DNA of 64,000 bases from Ramazzottius varieornatus (GCA_001949185.1 BDGG01000002.1:4268448-4332447), one strand, 5' to 3'. Positions 25,117-38,482 are shown, counted from the first letter of the stretch. Numbers and translations: made by a program. Notes: generated from the letters alone by a model not told the origin.

Positions 25117-26936
25117 CTCGGAAGAGTTCTACAGGATAACGGAGATGGAAGATGCAGTCACCGGAAGTCGCTAGATTAGTTCCAACGGGAAGGCTCCTTG
25201 GCTGGCTTCTGTAACAAACGTCCCCCCAGTCTAACCAGCGATAGGAGTATTCCGGAATCCCGGAACAGCCTAAGAATATCTCGGCAGAAAAAAACCCGTC
25301 GGCGAAAAAAGACAAACTGAAACGCCGAGATGTTGGAAAATCAAAGTCGACATTGCCCAACAACGTAATTAGTATGTCATATGACGTAGTAACTAGTAAG
25401 TCACTCAGTGTGTGGTGATGTGTCGGTCGCGCATTACGTCATAGCGATCTGCGACGTCACCGCAAACCGCGATTTGAAGCCGATTTCCGACAACGACAAC
25501 TATCTCTGGAGCGCTAGCTAAGTGATGGATAACTGAAGACAAGATCCAAGCATCTGAAAGCTAATCATGATCAAGAGATAAGGTCGGATTCTCAGCATTT
25601 GTCTCACCACCGATTGATTTATAACGGCTTCAATGAGCAATGACAGGCAGCATTACGTAGCAAAGCCCAATTAACGCGTCCGCAGAGATCTCTCAATATT
25701 ACTGCACGCCCCTTGATAGCTAAAAAGACACCATAAAAGGTTCTCATAGCTCGATTATCAGACACCTTAGTTTTGCTAATCTCACATTATGTTGCGTTCG
25801 ACTTCTTGCTTTGGGGTCCACGGAACTGACAAAGGACACTGACGACTGAAGAGAAGTCTTCTGCTTCCGGGTTGTCAAGTTTTAGTCCAGCAGCTCCACT
25901 CTGTTCTCAGGGCGTAAGACAGTAAGATGACGTGAAATGTGTTTGGCCCGAGGCCCCGAACCATGGGCCATGCAGGCTTACTCTGAGGAGACTATAGCGA
26001 TATGGACCGTATCGTGGTCAGTCAGTCGAACCTGCTTGCTAAAACTCCACCCGGTATGAAATCCGAGAACGTGATTTCTTGTTGGTGGCAATCTGCATGC
26101 TGACTTAGCAGTGCGCGTTCATTATGAGGCTTGAGATCGGACGGTCGTTTAAGCAAGTGAGTAGAAAGGACCCAACAGTTTTATGTGGTCATCAGTATCG
26201 TTTTAACACATGTAATTATAATGGACGTTAATCATCTGGAATCTATCAGGTGAACATGTACTACGCTGTGTGGGCGTGTGCGTGCAGCTCTTCTTGAGAT
26301 CTCTCTTGGCGCAGTCCGCGCAAGTATGCCGAACCAAGGCTAATTTTGCACCGGTCTAAGGCTGGAAATGTTCGCACATTATTCATGATGTCTTTGTTAT
26401 GTGGACACCTACTCAACATCATTGTGCTATTTCAATATAGGCAGTTCCAGCACCAGCAAGACGCCGAGGCTGTTAATTTACCAGTAACTTGTTCGACATG
26501 ATTAACGACCCAGCTCTACTTCTGCTCTGTTTGTATAGAGAGCAACTGACCAAGAAAACCTTTTTTCTGTCATTTCTTGCACATTCCTCAATTGGTTCTT
26601 AATATTAAGCCGCGGTACTTAACCCTATCAGCGAGCTCTAGAAAACTCTAAAGTGATACCTTCACTGCCTCACTCGCTAAAGATTTACCGCATGATCGAG
26701 GTAGTGATACAACTGCACGCATCAGCATTTTTCTTGTATTGTTTTCTTATTGTGCAAATGCGCGAAGCCGTTGTTTACCCAAAGACTAATCTATGTACTA
26801 ACGTACGGGCGCGACAGTTTATATTTCATAGCATCACCGTATCAGCCGACGTAACCAGTGCGAACCACTTTCCGGTCAGTTAGCCAACGTTGCCGCTGCA
26901 CGCCGTGCATGTTTGCCTTTTCCTTGCCCGCGGTAA

Positions 26937-27767
26937 ATGTGCTGTTTCGAATTTCTCATCCTGCTCCAGCAAATGAATAGCAAACCGCCCATAAGGGGAC
27001 ATCATCCTCGACCTCCTCTTCCATCCTACGAACAAGCCTTAAAGCGGCGACCCATTATACAGCACCTGTGCCCAGCCGCACACCCTCGCGCCTCCATCAC
27101 CGATCTGGTTACATGCGCGAGAGAATGTATTTACCCGGAACATCGCGTCGACACTTCCTTCCTGGATAATTACGACCAACCTTCGAGAATACAAGTGGGT
27201 CAAGACCTCTACGCGCAGCCAGTCAAGGTACGGCGAATGCTCAGCACTGCCTCAAAGAACCCATCCAACCTTCCTCCAAAAAGCCCGCCAGCTAAATTAC
27301 CAAAAAACTTGGAAAATGTGGAGTACTTACCACAGGAAACCTTGACTGAAAAACCGCTCATCTGTGATAGTGAGAAACGGTATGTGAAAGAATCCGTTCC
27401 TGTGAGAAGAGTGCGATGGAGCCATGCGAATATCTATGCTCCGGTGGAGCCGTTCTGCATTCGACCGGAACAACCTCCACCAAAGCCTCCAAGGAAGTTC
27501 CCACCTACGTCCAGAAGCTTCGGTTCAAGTCAAAGCCTTGTGTACTTCAAAAGCGATGAAGGATACCACAGCAAGTCCTCCTCGTCTGATTGCTCTTCTC
27601 TATCCGAAATATCGACATCGAACTCGACTACACCGGTAAAATCTCTTGTGAGTTCTTCGAGCTTACATTGTTTAGCACACAGCTCTGAATCTATGAGTGT
27701 TCTTCATAAGCAGCCCTCCTCTTCCTTTGTGAGGTCTACCTGGAAAGGTAATACATTAGTTCTTTGA
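26937..27767 (+). CDS. Pro/Ser-rich, probably disordered orphan protein (276 aa, or starting at 26973)
   Basis: 831-nt open frame with a downstream AATAAA near 27912; short linear motifs LPSY, RVRW, DEGYHS; no globular domain recognised. Confidence 0.55.
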   Translation: MCCFEFLILLQQMNSKPPIRGHHPRPPLPSYEQALKRRPIIQHLCPAAHPRASITDLVTCARECIYPEHRVDTSFLDNYDQPSRIQVGQDLYAQPVKVRRMLSTASKNPSNLPPKSPPAKLPKNLENVEYLPQETLTEKPLICDSEKRYVKESVPVRRVRWSHANIYAPVEPFCIRPEQPPPKPPRKFPPTSRSFGSSQSLVYFKSDEGYHSKSSSSDCSSLSEISTSNSTTPVKSLVSSSSLHCLAHSSESMSVLHKQPSSSFVRSTWKGNTLVL

Positions 27768-28091
27768 AGCTCTCTGACTGCGCGAAGATTTCATCGCTTC
27801 CTTGAGAGGACGCACATGAAAACCCGCTGAATTTACTGCCGGTTGATGTTACTTGAACCATGCCAAGAATACGCGTGACTATCGTCTTTTGAGTGATAAA
27901 ACTTGAAAGGAAATAAAATAATGGAATTATCTAGGTAGCTGCCGCTATGAAAGGGAAATTGTCTCAACGGGGTAAAAGTTTATCTGTTCGATATTACGAC
28001 CTTTCGCTACTCGCCGGCCCTTATCACAAGCCATTCAGATTTTATTGCGCTTTATGATTTCATCGGAGTTACGACCTTCAGCGTTTTCTGC

Positions 28092-28939
28092 TCATGAGAA
28101 GCCATCCATGTCCGCGTTGGTCATCATGGCCCCGGTTGTACGACGAACACGTACGCGTCTCCTGGTCGAGGTTCCGGAGAGGCGTCGGAAGCCCTGTTCT
28201 TGGTTCCTGGAAAAGGAGAACGAGGACGATTGGGCGGACATCGACGGCGACGAATCTTGCCAGTTGTTTGATGCCGGTGTGTCGAAGAGCTTCGCGCCGT
28301 TTTGCAGATACAAGCGGCTATTGGCGTAGTTGTAATAGTTCTTTGCTCTACAAAACGCATCGTAAATTCAACGAGGAGCCAAACCAGAGGTAGTATTTTG
28401 TATCGCACTGACAACACCAAACAATAGGCGTGGGTGTGAGAGAGACACTTACTGATCACAGCTCGGCACGTTGTACCACCAATCGCATACTAGAGTGATC
28501 TGGTTGAACAATGTTCCATTCGTACAGAGGAAACTCGACATGACGCCACGCAGATCACATCGCCTGAAGAGACAGCAAGAGCGGAAGTTAGTGGAGCAGT
28601 AAATTTATTTAATGTCTTCTGCGGCATGCAAAAAACAGTTCGAACAAGGTCGTGGGAACACTACTCGTACCGAAAAACTTGACAGCCGGTCTCCACGTCC
28701 GCAAAGTAACCTTGTCCGACGTCGTTGCACGAGAAGGAAGTTATCGGGATCTCGGAGAGCGTAGGGAAGGTTTGTCCGGGGACCGCGCTGCGCAGCATGT
28801 CGGCCATCTTGTCAGCGGTCATCATCGGCTTGTTTTGCGATAACAGTTCAAAAACATCCGGGCTTTGGATCGAGTTCGACTGAGCGCATGCAACGCCAAC
28901 AAGACCTGCAAAGCATAACAATGACGTAAACTTACTCAT
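28092..28939 (-). CDS. Secreted single chitin-binding type-2 (peritrophin-A, CPAP1-like) protein, three exons
   Basis: Signal peptide; IPITSFSC...GYFADVETGCQVFRRC...SFLCTNGTLFNQITLVCDWWYNVPSC (six-Cys ChtBD2). Confidence 0.88.
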
Positions 28940-29819
28940 TTTTGCGCAAAGATCACGGTGCGAACTATGGTCAGACCTAAGGACGTTTTGTCAAAAATTA
29001 TCGACGAAGATCCGAATGCTTGTGCTCGGAGTTCTATTCGGTCTTATACGTCGACAGAAAGCTTCCATTAATGCGTTGCGTTAATTTATCTCCGTATTCA
29101 GTTTATTATTCAAATTAGGGTTTATGTTTGAATACACCTGAGAAGCGATCATTCGCTATATGAGGATGGCTGAAACAGTCGAGGATCGCTGGCCAGGGGT
29201 CGCAAACCTACTTTTCCTCAGTTACTCCAGTCCGAAGGAAACGTCGTAAAGCTTTTATGCGAATGTCATCGTTCACTTCTGCGGGTTGTAAAAGAGAAAG
29301 TCGGATGTATTCATGCACAATATTATTGTTTTAGTTTCTGTCACAGAACTCGTTCGACGCTTGTTTATGGAAAAGTTCGTTCGGCATATACCGCCAGTCC
29401 GTCGCTGTCTTCAGCTGCCAGTCATCCTTGTACGGTTCCGCAAGAGCAGACCAAACCTCCGCATTATAACCTTTCTGCCTCTCCGGTCGTCATTACCCAA
29501 AATGTGGATAATGAAAGCAGAGAGCAGTTACACCCAGTAGGAGCCCGTGTACTGCTCGCCATCCTCTGAACAAATCCTGCAAGAGTGTCGTGTCATGTCA
29601 TGTTGCATGTCATGCCTTGATATCAGACTAGACATTACCTTACGCCTATTAACAAATCACTCACATCCGAAATTTGGCTACTTCCGTCCCGATTCCCAAC
29701 TTCTGATCCTACAAAACGCGTACGGGTGTCACGTTCTCTCTCCTGGTGGAGTGCGATAGAGGGTACCAAACAGGGATTTTGGCAGCTGATCACCGCTGAC
29801 CTTCTCTGCTTACGGGATC

Positions 29820-31430
29820 ATGTTCCTCACGCTCAGCCCGTTCGTAGCCTCGTCCATAACAGCGCTGCTTCACGAAAACGTCCTGGACTTCTCATCACCA
29901 CTGTATCCGATATTTGGAACAGCGTCTTTTCTCGCTCTTGGTGGATATTTCTGGAGACGACATGACCAGTCCATAATCCTGAAGGCGTTAAAAGAAGAAG
30001 CGATTGGGAATGTGAAGGCCAGGCGGAAAACACTTCAGTTGCTACCAATCAACATATCCGAGGTAAGATGACTTCCGCGTGAATACGTAGAATTCCATTA
30101 TCAGTTGATCTGGAAATGCAACAACGGCCCGTTCACAAAAAAATGAGTGCTAAATTGCTGATTTAAAAGAAGTTCAAATGACTTAGTGGGAAATGAATTG
30201 TTTCTGGACTAGCGCGCTCTTCGAAACACCGGCGCATTCACGGTGTGGCACATTGTTCACTGTGTAGGGCACCACGCAAGAGCGAGGTATGAGTTTTGGT
30301 GAGCCGCACCGTGCAACTTCGTCCACTGTTTCGTGGTGAGCAAAATGGGTGGTCGTTGGTCAGCAGCTGTATTTCGCTTGTATGTTGAAGTTTTCCTTGT
30401 TCGCTGTGAACGCTATGTCAAGGGCAATCATTTTCGATCACTCGGCTGTATATTCAGACTGATATCGTGCTTTCCTAATAGGTGAACCCCGATGAGCGGA
30501 AGCGGAACGTGGTTGTAGTGGGTCTGACAGGAGCCGGAAAGACCTCTTTCCTCAATGCATTTCTCCATCCCGACACTTCCTTCTCCGCACGTAAGGAACC
30601 TCTCCCGACGGTAATTGAGCTTGTCGCTGTAGATTTTGCCAAAGGACTTCGCAGTTGTCGCTTTTGGTATGGTACTGTTTAACAGCTAACGCAGTGGGTT
30701 GGTTCGCTAGATGGGCGTGAAAATGACCATTGCGGATCTTCACGGCTTGAAACAGACCTACTATGAAGGTATGCCGTCTTCCTGTGATACGCCTACCTCT
30801 TCATACTATGCATACTTATAATGCGCTCTCCTGATTTTGAATGGCTGTACTGAGTATCCTGATAAATTTGATTGTTACAGTTGGGGGCAACGACAACACT
30901 CTCATGTTTATCAAAGAGTTCGTCCACATGGCCCATTTAGTGATATTTGTTGTTGACGCTGCTGCTGAAGATGACGACCTGGCCAAGGCTAGAGAATTAT
31001 ATCAACTGATTGCGAAAGAGCGCCATTTCGTGGGACCTGTTGTGGTTCTTGCGGGAAAACAGGTACCAGTGTACTTGTACACAGGCTACGGTGCAAGTGC
31101 GAGGCTGAGATTTCCATAGCCAAGTCGAGTCCGTGTAACGTGGTTTCACAAAATGCAGGCGAATATGGAACCTTTTGTGAGATCAGGATGTCGTTCACCG
31201 ATTATATTTCACAGGACCTTCCGGGTGCGAAATCAGTTGTGGAAATCTATCATATTCTTGAGATAGCCGAAACGGACGACGCATATGTACTTCCGGCCTC
31301 GTTCGTTAGCTCCAGCTATGATCAAGATGAGTTCGCTCTTGAGAGTCAAGCCACGATAACGGCGACCAAGAACATTTATCGAAATATCCATACTACAGTG
31401 GGGAACCTTTTGTACCGCACCATTTTATAA
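29820..31430 (+). CDS. ARF-like small GTPase with N-terminal hydrophobic anchor (ARL9/ARL10-like)
   Basis: G1 GLTGAGKT, G2 PTMG, G3 EVGG, VIFVVDA, G4-like AGKQD; N-terminal hydrophobic segment instead of the MG myristoylation start. Confidence 0.75.
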
Positions 31431-31841
31431 CCGTGTTGTTATTTTGAGCTTTAACGTACATTTTGCGTCTCGTCCTTTCGTTTCGTCCTCACCTTTACTT
31501 GCAAATGCTTCTGTCTTTGACTCTTTATGCTTATTCGAAGCTTGCAGATAATTCTGAAACTCCGCAAAATACGACACACTACCAGACGTCAAAATAATCT
31601 GTGATCGTCAGTGCCTTCCTCTTTCGCTAACAAACAATATAAAAACACTACTTTTCGTTCAACAAAGTCGAGAACACAATCATCAGGATGAGTTATCATC
31701 TAGCAAAAATTCATGGTAAAGAAGGAGAATCGCGTCTAGTAGATCCGTTTCTAATTCATTCACGGCAAAAGACTAATTCTAGTAATAAATACGAAAAAAA
31801 GTCAAGAAGTCATCACATAGTACTGTAAGCACCCTGTAAAA

Positions 31842-32320
31842 TTATTTGGCCGCTTGACCGGCATACGCGACACCAAGAACAAGCGCAAGTATGGTCAATC
31901 CTTGGGAGGTAACTCGCGCTCTCATCATGTTCTGCGACATTTTCGTGTTTCCTTTCCTCATTTGCCATAAGCCAAAACCAAGGATCAGCGTGGTGGCTCC
32001 AACTCCTGTAATTAACGAAACACCGACATAGAACGATCGACACTTGATACACGCAACAGCGAGAATACGTGAACATGGACAAGAGCCAGCATGAAAGGGA
32101 TCGTTAAGCTTCATTTACTGGCGCAGTCATGAGGGGTCTCGGGCTTACCAATTGGCACCATGGGGTTCGCCTTCGTCTTCCTCCTTACTTTCTCTCCGAA
32201 GCTTTCTGGAGGACGATAGGTTTGGTATTCCCGTTCATCTTGCTCAGTAGGTTTGCGAATCCAGCGTAGCTCAGCGTCTGAAGACTGCACGGCGGGCTTT
32301 TGCGGAACTGGAGACGACAT
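31842..32320 (-). CDS. HIGD2A: HIG1 domain family member (HIGD2A-like), two exons
   Basis: ESFGEKVRRKTKANPMVPIG...GLWQMRKGNTKMSQNMMRARVTSQGLT. Confidence 0.85.
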
Positions 32321-32918
32321 ATCCGTATATTTCGCTCCAAATCTTCCTTGCAGTTGCAGCGATACGCCACGGAAAGCTGAGGAAAACTGATCTAGAAGAG
32401 GGGAAGACAGCAGCAACTTCCGCTGTACAGCTGACTGGCTTTTCCATTCAAACCTTTCAAGCTTCACAACAAACTCGCACGGTTCGGCCCGCCATTTAAC
32501 AATTCAAACGATGACCATCATCAATCAATCGAGAACAATTCTATTTGACCTGACATTAACACACGATGATATAACTTTCTCCTACGCTGCAGGCCGTAAC
32601 GTGTGGACCAAAAGCAAAACGCAAACTACGCACTTCAGTAAACACCGTGACTGACGTCACGAAGCTCATAGAGTTTACGGGTATGATAACGCGGACAGCA
32701 CATGCTGTAATGACGTATTGGCGAAGTTCAAGAAGCATTTTAGCAAACCTAATTCAGTCCGTTTACTTTCCGAAGTTTTGTGACTGTTGTCCTCGGAGTT
32801 CGTGAAGATCAGAGTATCTGAGATCCTTTTGTTTCTTACTTTATACGTCGTATATTAGGATTCGAAGGAAAGCATGCAGTAGTGTCAACAGCAAGGAGTC
32901 GCGTGAACGACGGGCGAA

Positions 32919-34280
32919 ATGGATACCACTTCTATCATTCTCGCTTTGGGATTCGCCGTGTTCGCCTGTTTCGCATACTTTCTATCTCGCAAACAGAAAG
33001 CCAAAGTTACCTCAGGACAGACAGATAACGCAGATGAAGCTGAAGGTAACGAAGATCGTACGAGAATGCTATTCGCTACGAAGAGTTGTGATGTCGCTTG
33101 TGAACATGATTACTTACCGTGATACTGTAAATCAAAGCGTTGACGGCGCGTCAATTTTATGTTGTTTACAGTGGCAAGAAGAGTGAGGCAGCTGCCTGAT
33201 ATCGACCACGAAAACCGAGTGGCGGGTGGGAGACGGATAGTGAGGAATCGTCAGCGCCCGAGGCGACCTGCGGCTGAAGAAGGTGCGAGCTGGGCACGGG
33301 ATACTGATGAAAAAGAGTGTTATTCAGCTATCTGTCCATAGTTTATTCGCAATCGATCTGACGTGTGTCGTCGATAGGTTCTGGATCGGATTTTGACGTG
33401 GAGGACGAAGACGAGCTTCCCGATGCCGCGCTGGGTGAAAATATTGGTGCTAAGAAAAGGCGGAAGCTTGAAATGAAAGCTGAAAAGCGAGCTCAGCGAC
33501 AGGCCGAGCTAGCAGAACGGGAGGAAAAGAAGGAGCGACAAGCTCGACTGGATGAAGAAAGGAAACAAAAGGAAGCTGTTGAGAAAATGAACGAGGAAGA
33601 ACGGGTCAGTCCTGTATACTGTGTAGCTTGTGCTAGACTCCTATTAGCATGTAAAGGATCCTCTTGGAGAAATTACTCCTGTATTTAATTGCGAGTAACC
33701 AAAGTCTGTTTCAGCTGGAAGAAGAAAGAAAAGAACAGGAGGAAAAGGAGCGGAGAGAACACGAAGAGTACATGAAACTCAAAGCAACTTTCGAGATCGA
33801 GGCCGAAGGTGAGGAACCACCGGAAGAAGGAGAGAACCTTCTACAGCAGTTCGTCGACTTCATCAAAGCCACGAAGGTCGTACTCCTTGAAGAGCTAGCT
33901 GCCCACTTCAAGCTTCGTACCCAGGTAAGATTTGTCCATAAAAATTTCGCGTAATTTTTGTTTTGGGTGAAAACGATTAATTTTAGTTTATTTGCTTTTA
34001 TCTGAGTCTTCAGTGTTGCAAAATAATTTCTTTAACTTTATGAAATACGCTTCATCGGTTTTCTCTGTGACAGGAATGCATCGATCGCGTACAGAAGCTG
34101 CAAAGCGAGGGATTACTGACCGGAGTCATCGATGACAGAGGCAAGTTTATTTATATATCCATGGATGAACTGGAAGCTGTAGCGAAGTTCGTCAAGCAGC
34201 GAGGGAGAGTAACCATTGCCGAGCTTGCAGAATCGAGTAATCAGCTAATCCGCCTACAGACGACCGAGGTAAAAGTCTAA
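32919..34280 (+). CDS. DDRGK1: DDRGK domain-containing protein 1 (UFBP1)
   Basis: N-terminal [65 protein letters not shown]. Confidence 0.95.
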
Positions 34281-34590
34281 TGAGATAAGTACCAATGTAG
34301 TATTTTTTCTCGGGCAATTTTGTACATTGTGATATTTCTGACGTTTCCGATACGTCCGACTAGTGATTTATCTAGAGCAGATGCACTCGCTCAACCATGC
34401 AGACCAGATCGCTGTCATTTGTTAAGCGTAACGCGGCGCGCTGCTGCTGCTTCCACATGGAGCGTCTGTGGTTGGACGCGAAACACAAAGAAAATTCGAA
34501 CATGTGTTTTGCTTGCTCGGTCCAAAGTTGAGCCATGCGAAATCAAAACAACCAGTTTTATTCCCCAGCTGGGACGTAGGCACATGAACT

Positions 34591-34668
34591 GAACATGATC
34601 GTTTTCACCAGTGACGCATTTTCCGCCAATAGCTACGAAACGCGCTGCTCGAGTTAACGATCACATCC
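34591..34668. repeat. Family A palindrome (degenerate), intergenic
   Basis: GATCGTTTTCACCAGTGACGCAT...GCCAATAGC...AACGATC. Confidence 0.6.
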
Positions 34669-36944
34669 AGTTTGTATGCCGACGTCGCAGTTCTGCTGTA
34701 ATATAAGCAGGTTGCTGAGGTTGAAGCGAAGTACTCACAGTCATCAGGGGCACTGGATCAGCGTCGTAGCACTGATGAAGTTAACACTGGGAGTCTGGGA
34801 CCCTCGCAAAACAGTGCTAGTTGAAAGAACCACACCTCTTTCCATTACCATCGGCTTCGAGGCTTCAGGCGTCATTTACTGACGAGCCTTCGGCAGATGA
34901 TTTTCACGCTGACAAAGATTAGCCTTCCTGAAGATCCCTTTGAAGAACCGCTAAGGCCCAGCTAGAGGAAAACAGTGGTTTTGATACCGTTGAAAATTGT
35001 CTTTGTAACTGAGAGCTCCAGTTCAATCCGAAGAACCTCTCGTGTCACCGGAATTAGGCACAGCTCACAAGATGATCTTAGTTCGAGTCAAGTTGAGGTG
35101 ACTACCATAAGGTCCATAATCATTACACGCCGGTCTTCGATTCTATTCTCCACAGGTACAGAAGATATTTTGTGATGTTTCCTGTCGAAGTCTTTGATTA
35201 TAATTATTATCTGACTAAGTTTTTCTTTGTGGCGGATGGATAATTTAGCGGAACAACAGAGGTACCCAGCCCACTTCCGTCTCTTGTCAATATGTATAAG
35301 CGTCTCTATTCGGAAGGCCACCGCACATATCGCTCGTCGTCGTTTCACTGCGTGAACTTGTTGGTCGACGTCGGCGTTGATCGTGCTCTGCAAATATAAA
35401 GACTTCGGCCCATACCGGTATGTATGATTGCATAAGCTGACACCGCGCTTATTCCACCGATTGATTAACTCACAAGTGCGGCTGGGCTTCATGCATACTC
35501 GTCGAGCGTATCGCTTCATAGTGTTGTGCTTTCTGCGGGCTCGAGAGCTGTTCGGTGGGTAGACCAGCTGACTCCTCTCACAATCGTCTTCTCGCGTACA
35601 TGCTGACTCCATACAGCACCAGAAATTATGCAGTGATGTCCGTCCTTTCCATTGCAGGCTACTCGTAGTCACCGAAGCCGAATCAAGCCTGATATCCTTC
35701 ATTGAGGCTGCATCAGGCTCCCTGGAGAGAAAGAGAGGTCAGTTTTGATATTTTAATATCCGGCTCCCATCGAATTTGGTACTGTCTTGTACAGATAAGA
35801 GAATTACGTAGGACGACGACTACGATTTTGTCATACGAACAACTACAGTACGGCCTCGAGCTTTTGTAACTTGGTGAGAACAATCAGATTTTGGAGGGTA
35901 CGAGAACATATTTCTGATAACCCATTTTTCTGCTGTAGCCAATATTAACGTAAGCTCGGCAGAATATTCTTGTATGTGCGGCTATTTGATCTACATTGTT
36001 ACTGTTGCTGCACATTCCAAAACTCAAAATGAAGCCTGCTACGCTCTGGTACGAACGCCCAGGTAGCGAAGACCATTGACAAGAATTACAATTAAATAAC
36101 AAATTAGAAACTGTACGGAAACCATACTGTGGGAAGGAGGGAGTAAGGTAGGTTAACGCTTTCGGGGCATTTCCTCAAAATATTATGCTAATAAAGTGCT
36201 CATCAGCAGCGTCAGCAAAAACAAGACTTTGACTTGCCAGCTGTTTCAATTTTACCAGAACGGAAGGAAGCGGTATTTTAGCTGAGATTAGTATTCACTG
36301 CAAAGCCGAGTTTCGATTTGAGCACTGAACTTCTAATACTTGATAGTTCCTATTATTATTCAGGAGAATGGTGAAACTCACAGGCATATAATATGGGAGG
36401 CACTCCAAAAGGTCCTTGCAACCGAAGTTCTTCCCACTTGGCCCCACGAGGGGACCCAACAGTGGACCAGCATTGTCAGGCAACCAACATTCTTCAATCA
36501 ACGCAAAGTCACGGGAAGGTCGAGCCAAGGTTCTTGGATTTGAATTCTATGGCCGACACATGGTCGCGAGGTGTTTTCTTAAGTGGTAACGGTAGCAGTT
36601 TTGGTAGCAGCAGCAGCAGCGATGAGGCCGAGGCTTCGGACTGCTTCTGGAAACACAGCCACACGATGAATCAAGTATTTCCATCAGACTTCTCCCGCAT
36701 ACATCCACAAAATACTCGATACACTATACTACTAACTATCCTGGCATACCCAGAACAACTTCATCAAAGGTGCGAGAAACAGAGAAGAAGATAAGCATAA
36801 ACAAAAACTTTCGTGGAAATTAAAAACTGTCCCGACTCTGACTGATGCACCCTCATGTTTCATTTCTGAAAAGTCTCCTCTTTCTTTCAACTTTACAATC
36901 TGCAACGGAAAACAATACCAAGACTAGATAGAGAGGTATGAAAT

Positions 36945-37862
36945 TTACTTTACTCCATCGACTAGTTGGATGTCGCCATCTTGGAAAGCCGTCATCGTTC
37001 CTCGATCGCTCGGCTCCCCGTTCGACGAAGTTCCTCGGCCTCCAACTTCCTTCTCCAGCATTCGTAGCCGCCGTTCCAAATCTGCTTTCTCTTGTTCGAC
37101 TTCCAGGACGTGGCTGATTAGACGCTGCTTGGAAAAATTTTCCAGGTTGACGGAAAGAACCCTTGCCCATTCTTGGGCATATCCACGATCCAACGCCACG
37201 TTATCGACTCCCTCCATATCTGCCAGAGAACTGTCCTCCGAAGACCCGCCACCTTCCATCTCCTCCACCTGGTGATCGCTCTTGTGGTCCGCCATCAGAA
37301 ACTGGCTAGAGTTGAAAGGGGCCGCGGGATAACCGAGAGCCGTAGGTTGGTTGCGACGAAGTTCACTGCGGATCCGTTCCTTCTCCTCCAGCTCCTTCTT
37401 CTCCTGCCATGTCAGCTGATGATACGGCTTCCACTTGTTTCGTTCCCTGCGACGTAGCATACGCTTCTGCCTACCAGAACTAGCATGGTCATGACCTGCG
37501 CACTTAGCAGGACTGACGCTGACTTGTGCTACTTGATCGTTCGATTCTGAGCCATCTGATGGTAAATGGCGACGGGTACGATCAGCCTTAGCGTGTTGGT
37601 GGTACCTTCCTGCACTGTTTTTGTTAAGAAATTTGTTACCTTCGTCCCTGGCCAGGCTACTCTGTCCACCGCGACGTCCTCCGGGCATCCTCCGGTTGCG
37701 CAGACTTGGACCAGTGGTCATTGTTGCTGGGGTAGTGGCTGCTACAGTGGTCTCCGCTACTGGGCTGGTGGTGCTGACGCCGCCACCTACGTCACGGTCA
37801 CGTCCCTCCTCCTGCGGATGGCTTCGGGTGTCAGCCACCACTATCGTTGAATCGTCTCCCAT
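36945..37862 (-). CDS. HEXIM: HEXIM (P-TEFb inhibitor)
   Basis: Basic RRRERNKWKPYHQLTWQEKK, APFNSSQFLMADH, acidic region, C-terminal coiled coil LENFSKQRLISHVLEVE; an acceptor just upstream of ATG 37862; a short intron at about 36948-36900 may change the last residues. Confidence 0.88.
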   Translation of the reverse strand: MGDDSTIVVADTRSHPQEEGRDRDVGGGVSTTSPVAETTVAATTPATMTTGPSLRNRRMPGGRRGGQSSLARDEGNKFLNKNSAGRYHQHAKADRTRRHLPSDGSESNDQVAQVSVSPAKCAGHDHASSGRQKRMLRRRERNKWKPYHQLTWQEKKELEEKERIRSELRRNQPTALGYPAAPFNSSQFLMADHKSDHQVEEMEGGGSSEDSSLADMEGVDNVALDRGYAQEWARVLSVNLENFSKQRLISHVLEVEQEKADLERRLRMLEKEVGGRGTSSNGEPSDRGTMTAFQDGDIQLVDGVK

Positions 37863-38305
37863 CAGATTTTCCTGAACGAAACGTTGTGGAGTTTTCGTGG
37901 TCCCACGAAAAATACGTTGTGCTTCGCTGACAGGTCGAAACCTCACCAAAAGGTCACTTCAGAAGACTCTTACAAAACAAAGCCTCTAGTCAGCTGACTG
38001 CGGAGCAAAGTGGTGTTGGCTGTTCACGAGCTTGAAAATTTCCGACTGAAAGATCGACGGAAAAGTTTTCCGGTTTATAACCAGGTCCGGTTGTACAACT
38101 GGTAAAGACCGCCCTCCCCGTGCCGGATTCGGTTGCTAACCAAGGAGCGGGTGCGGCCCCGATCAACTGCGAAGGGCAACCAGACGCTTTCGCTGCGATC
38201 AAACAGCGCACCTCCGGTATGGAAACTATGAAGCTGATTGCGACCTGACCTGGGCTTTTGGTGGCCAATGGTGCTATTACATGCTTTTGGGGAAAGCATC
38301 CAGTC

Positions 38306-38482
38306 AGAGTCTGGCTGAGACAGGCTCCGCCCAACGTTTTCTGACGTCACGTGATAAAAATCTCAAGTTGATTGTTCATTTTTATATGAGTCATTCGACA
38401 TGCCATTGCAGTCGGTGAATTGATCAGAATGAATTTCTGGTGCCGTCAAAACGTTGGGTGGAGCCTGTCTCGGTCAGGCTTT
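38306..38482. mobile_element. MULE-like MITE with 35-bp TIRs and 10-bp TSD
   Basis: TIRs match at 30 of 35 positions; GCATCCAGTC directly repeated at 38296-38305 and 38483-38492. Confidence 0.8.

Noticed and set aside
35088-35702. 204-aa minus-strand ORF with an upstream acceptor-like site
   Set aside because: No recognisable domain and an unprotein-like composition; it may be UTR or non-coding exon.
34300-36900. Possible 7SK RNA gene next to HEXIM
   Set aside because: No convincing paired GATC 5' stem or Pol III unit seen; a covariance-model search would be needed.
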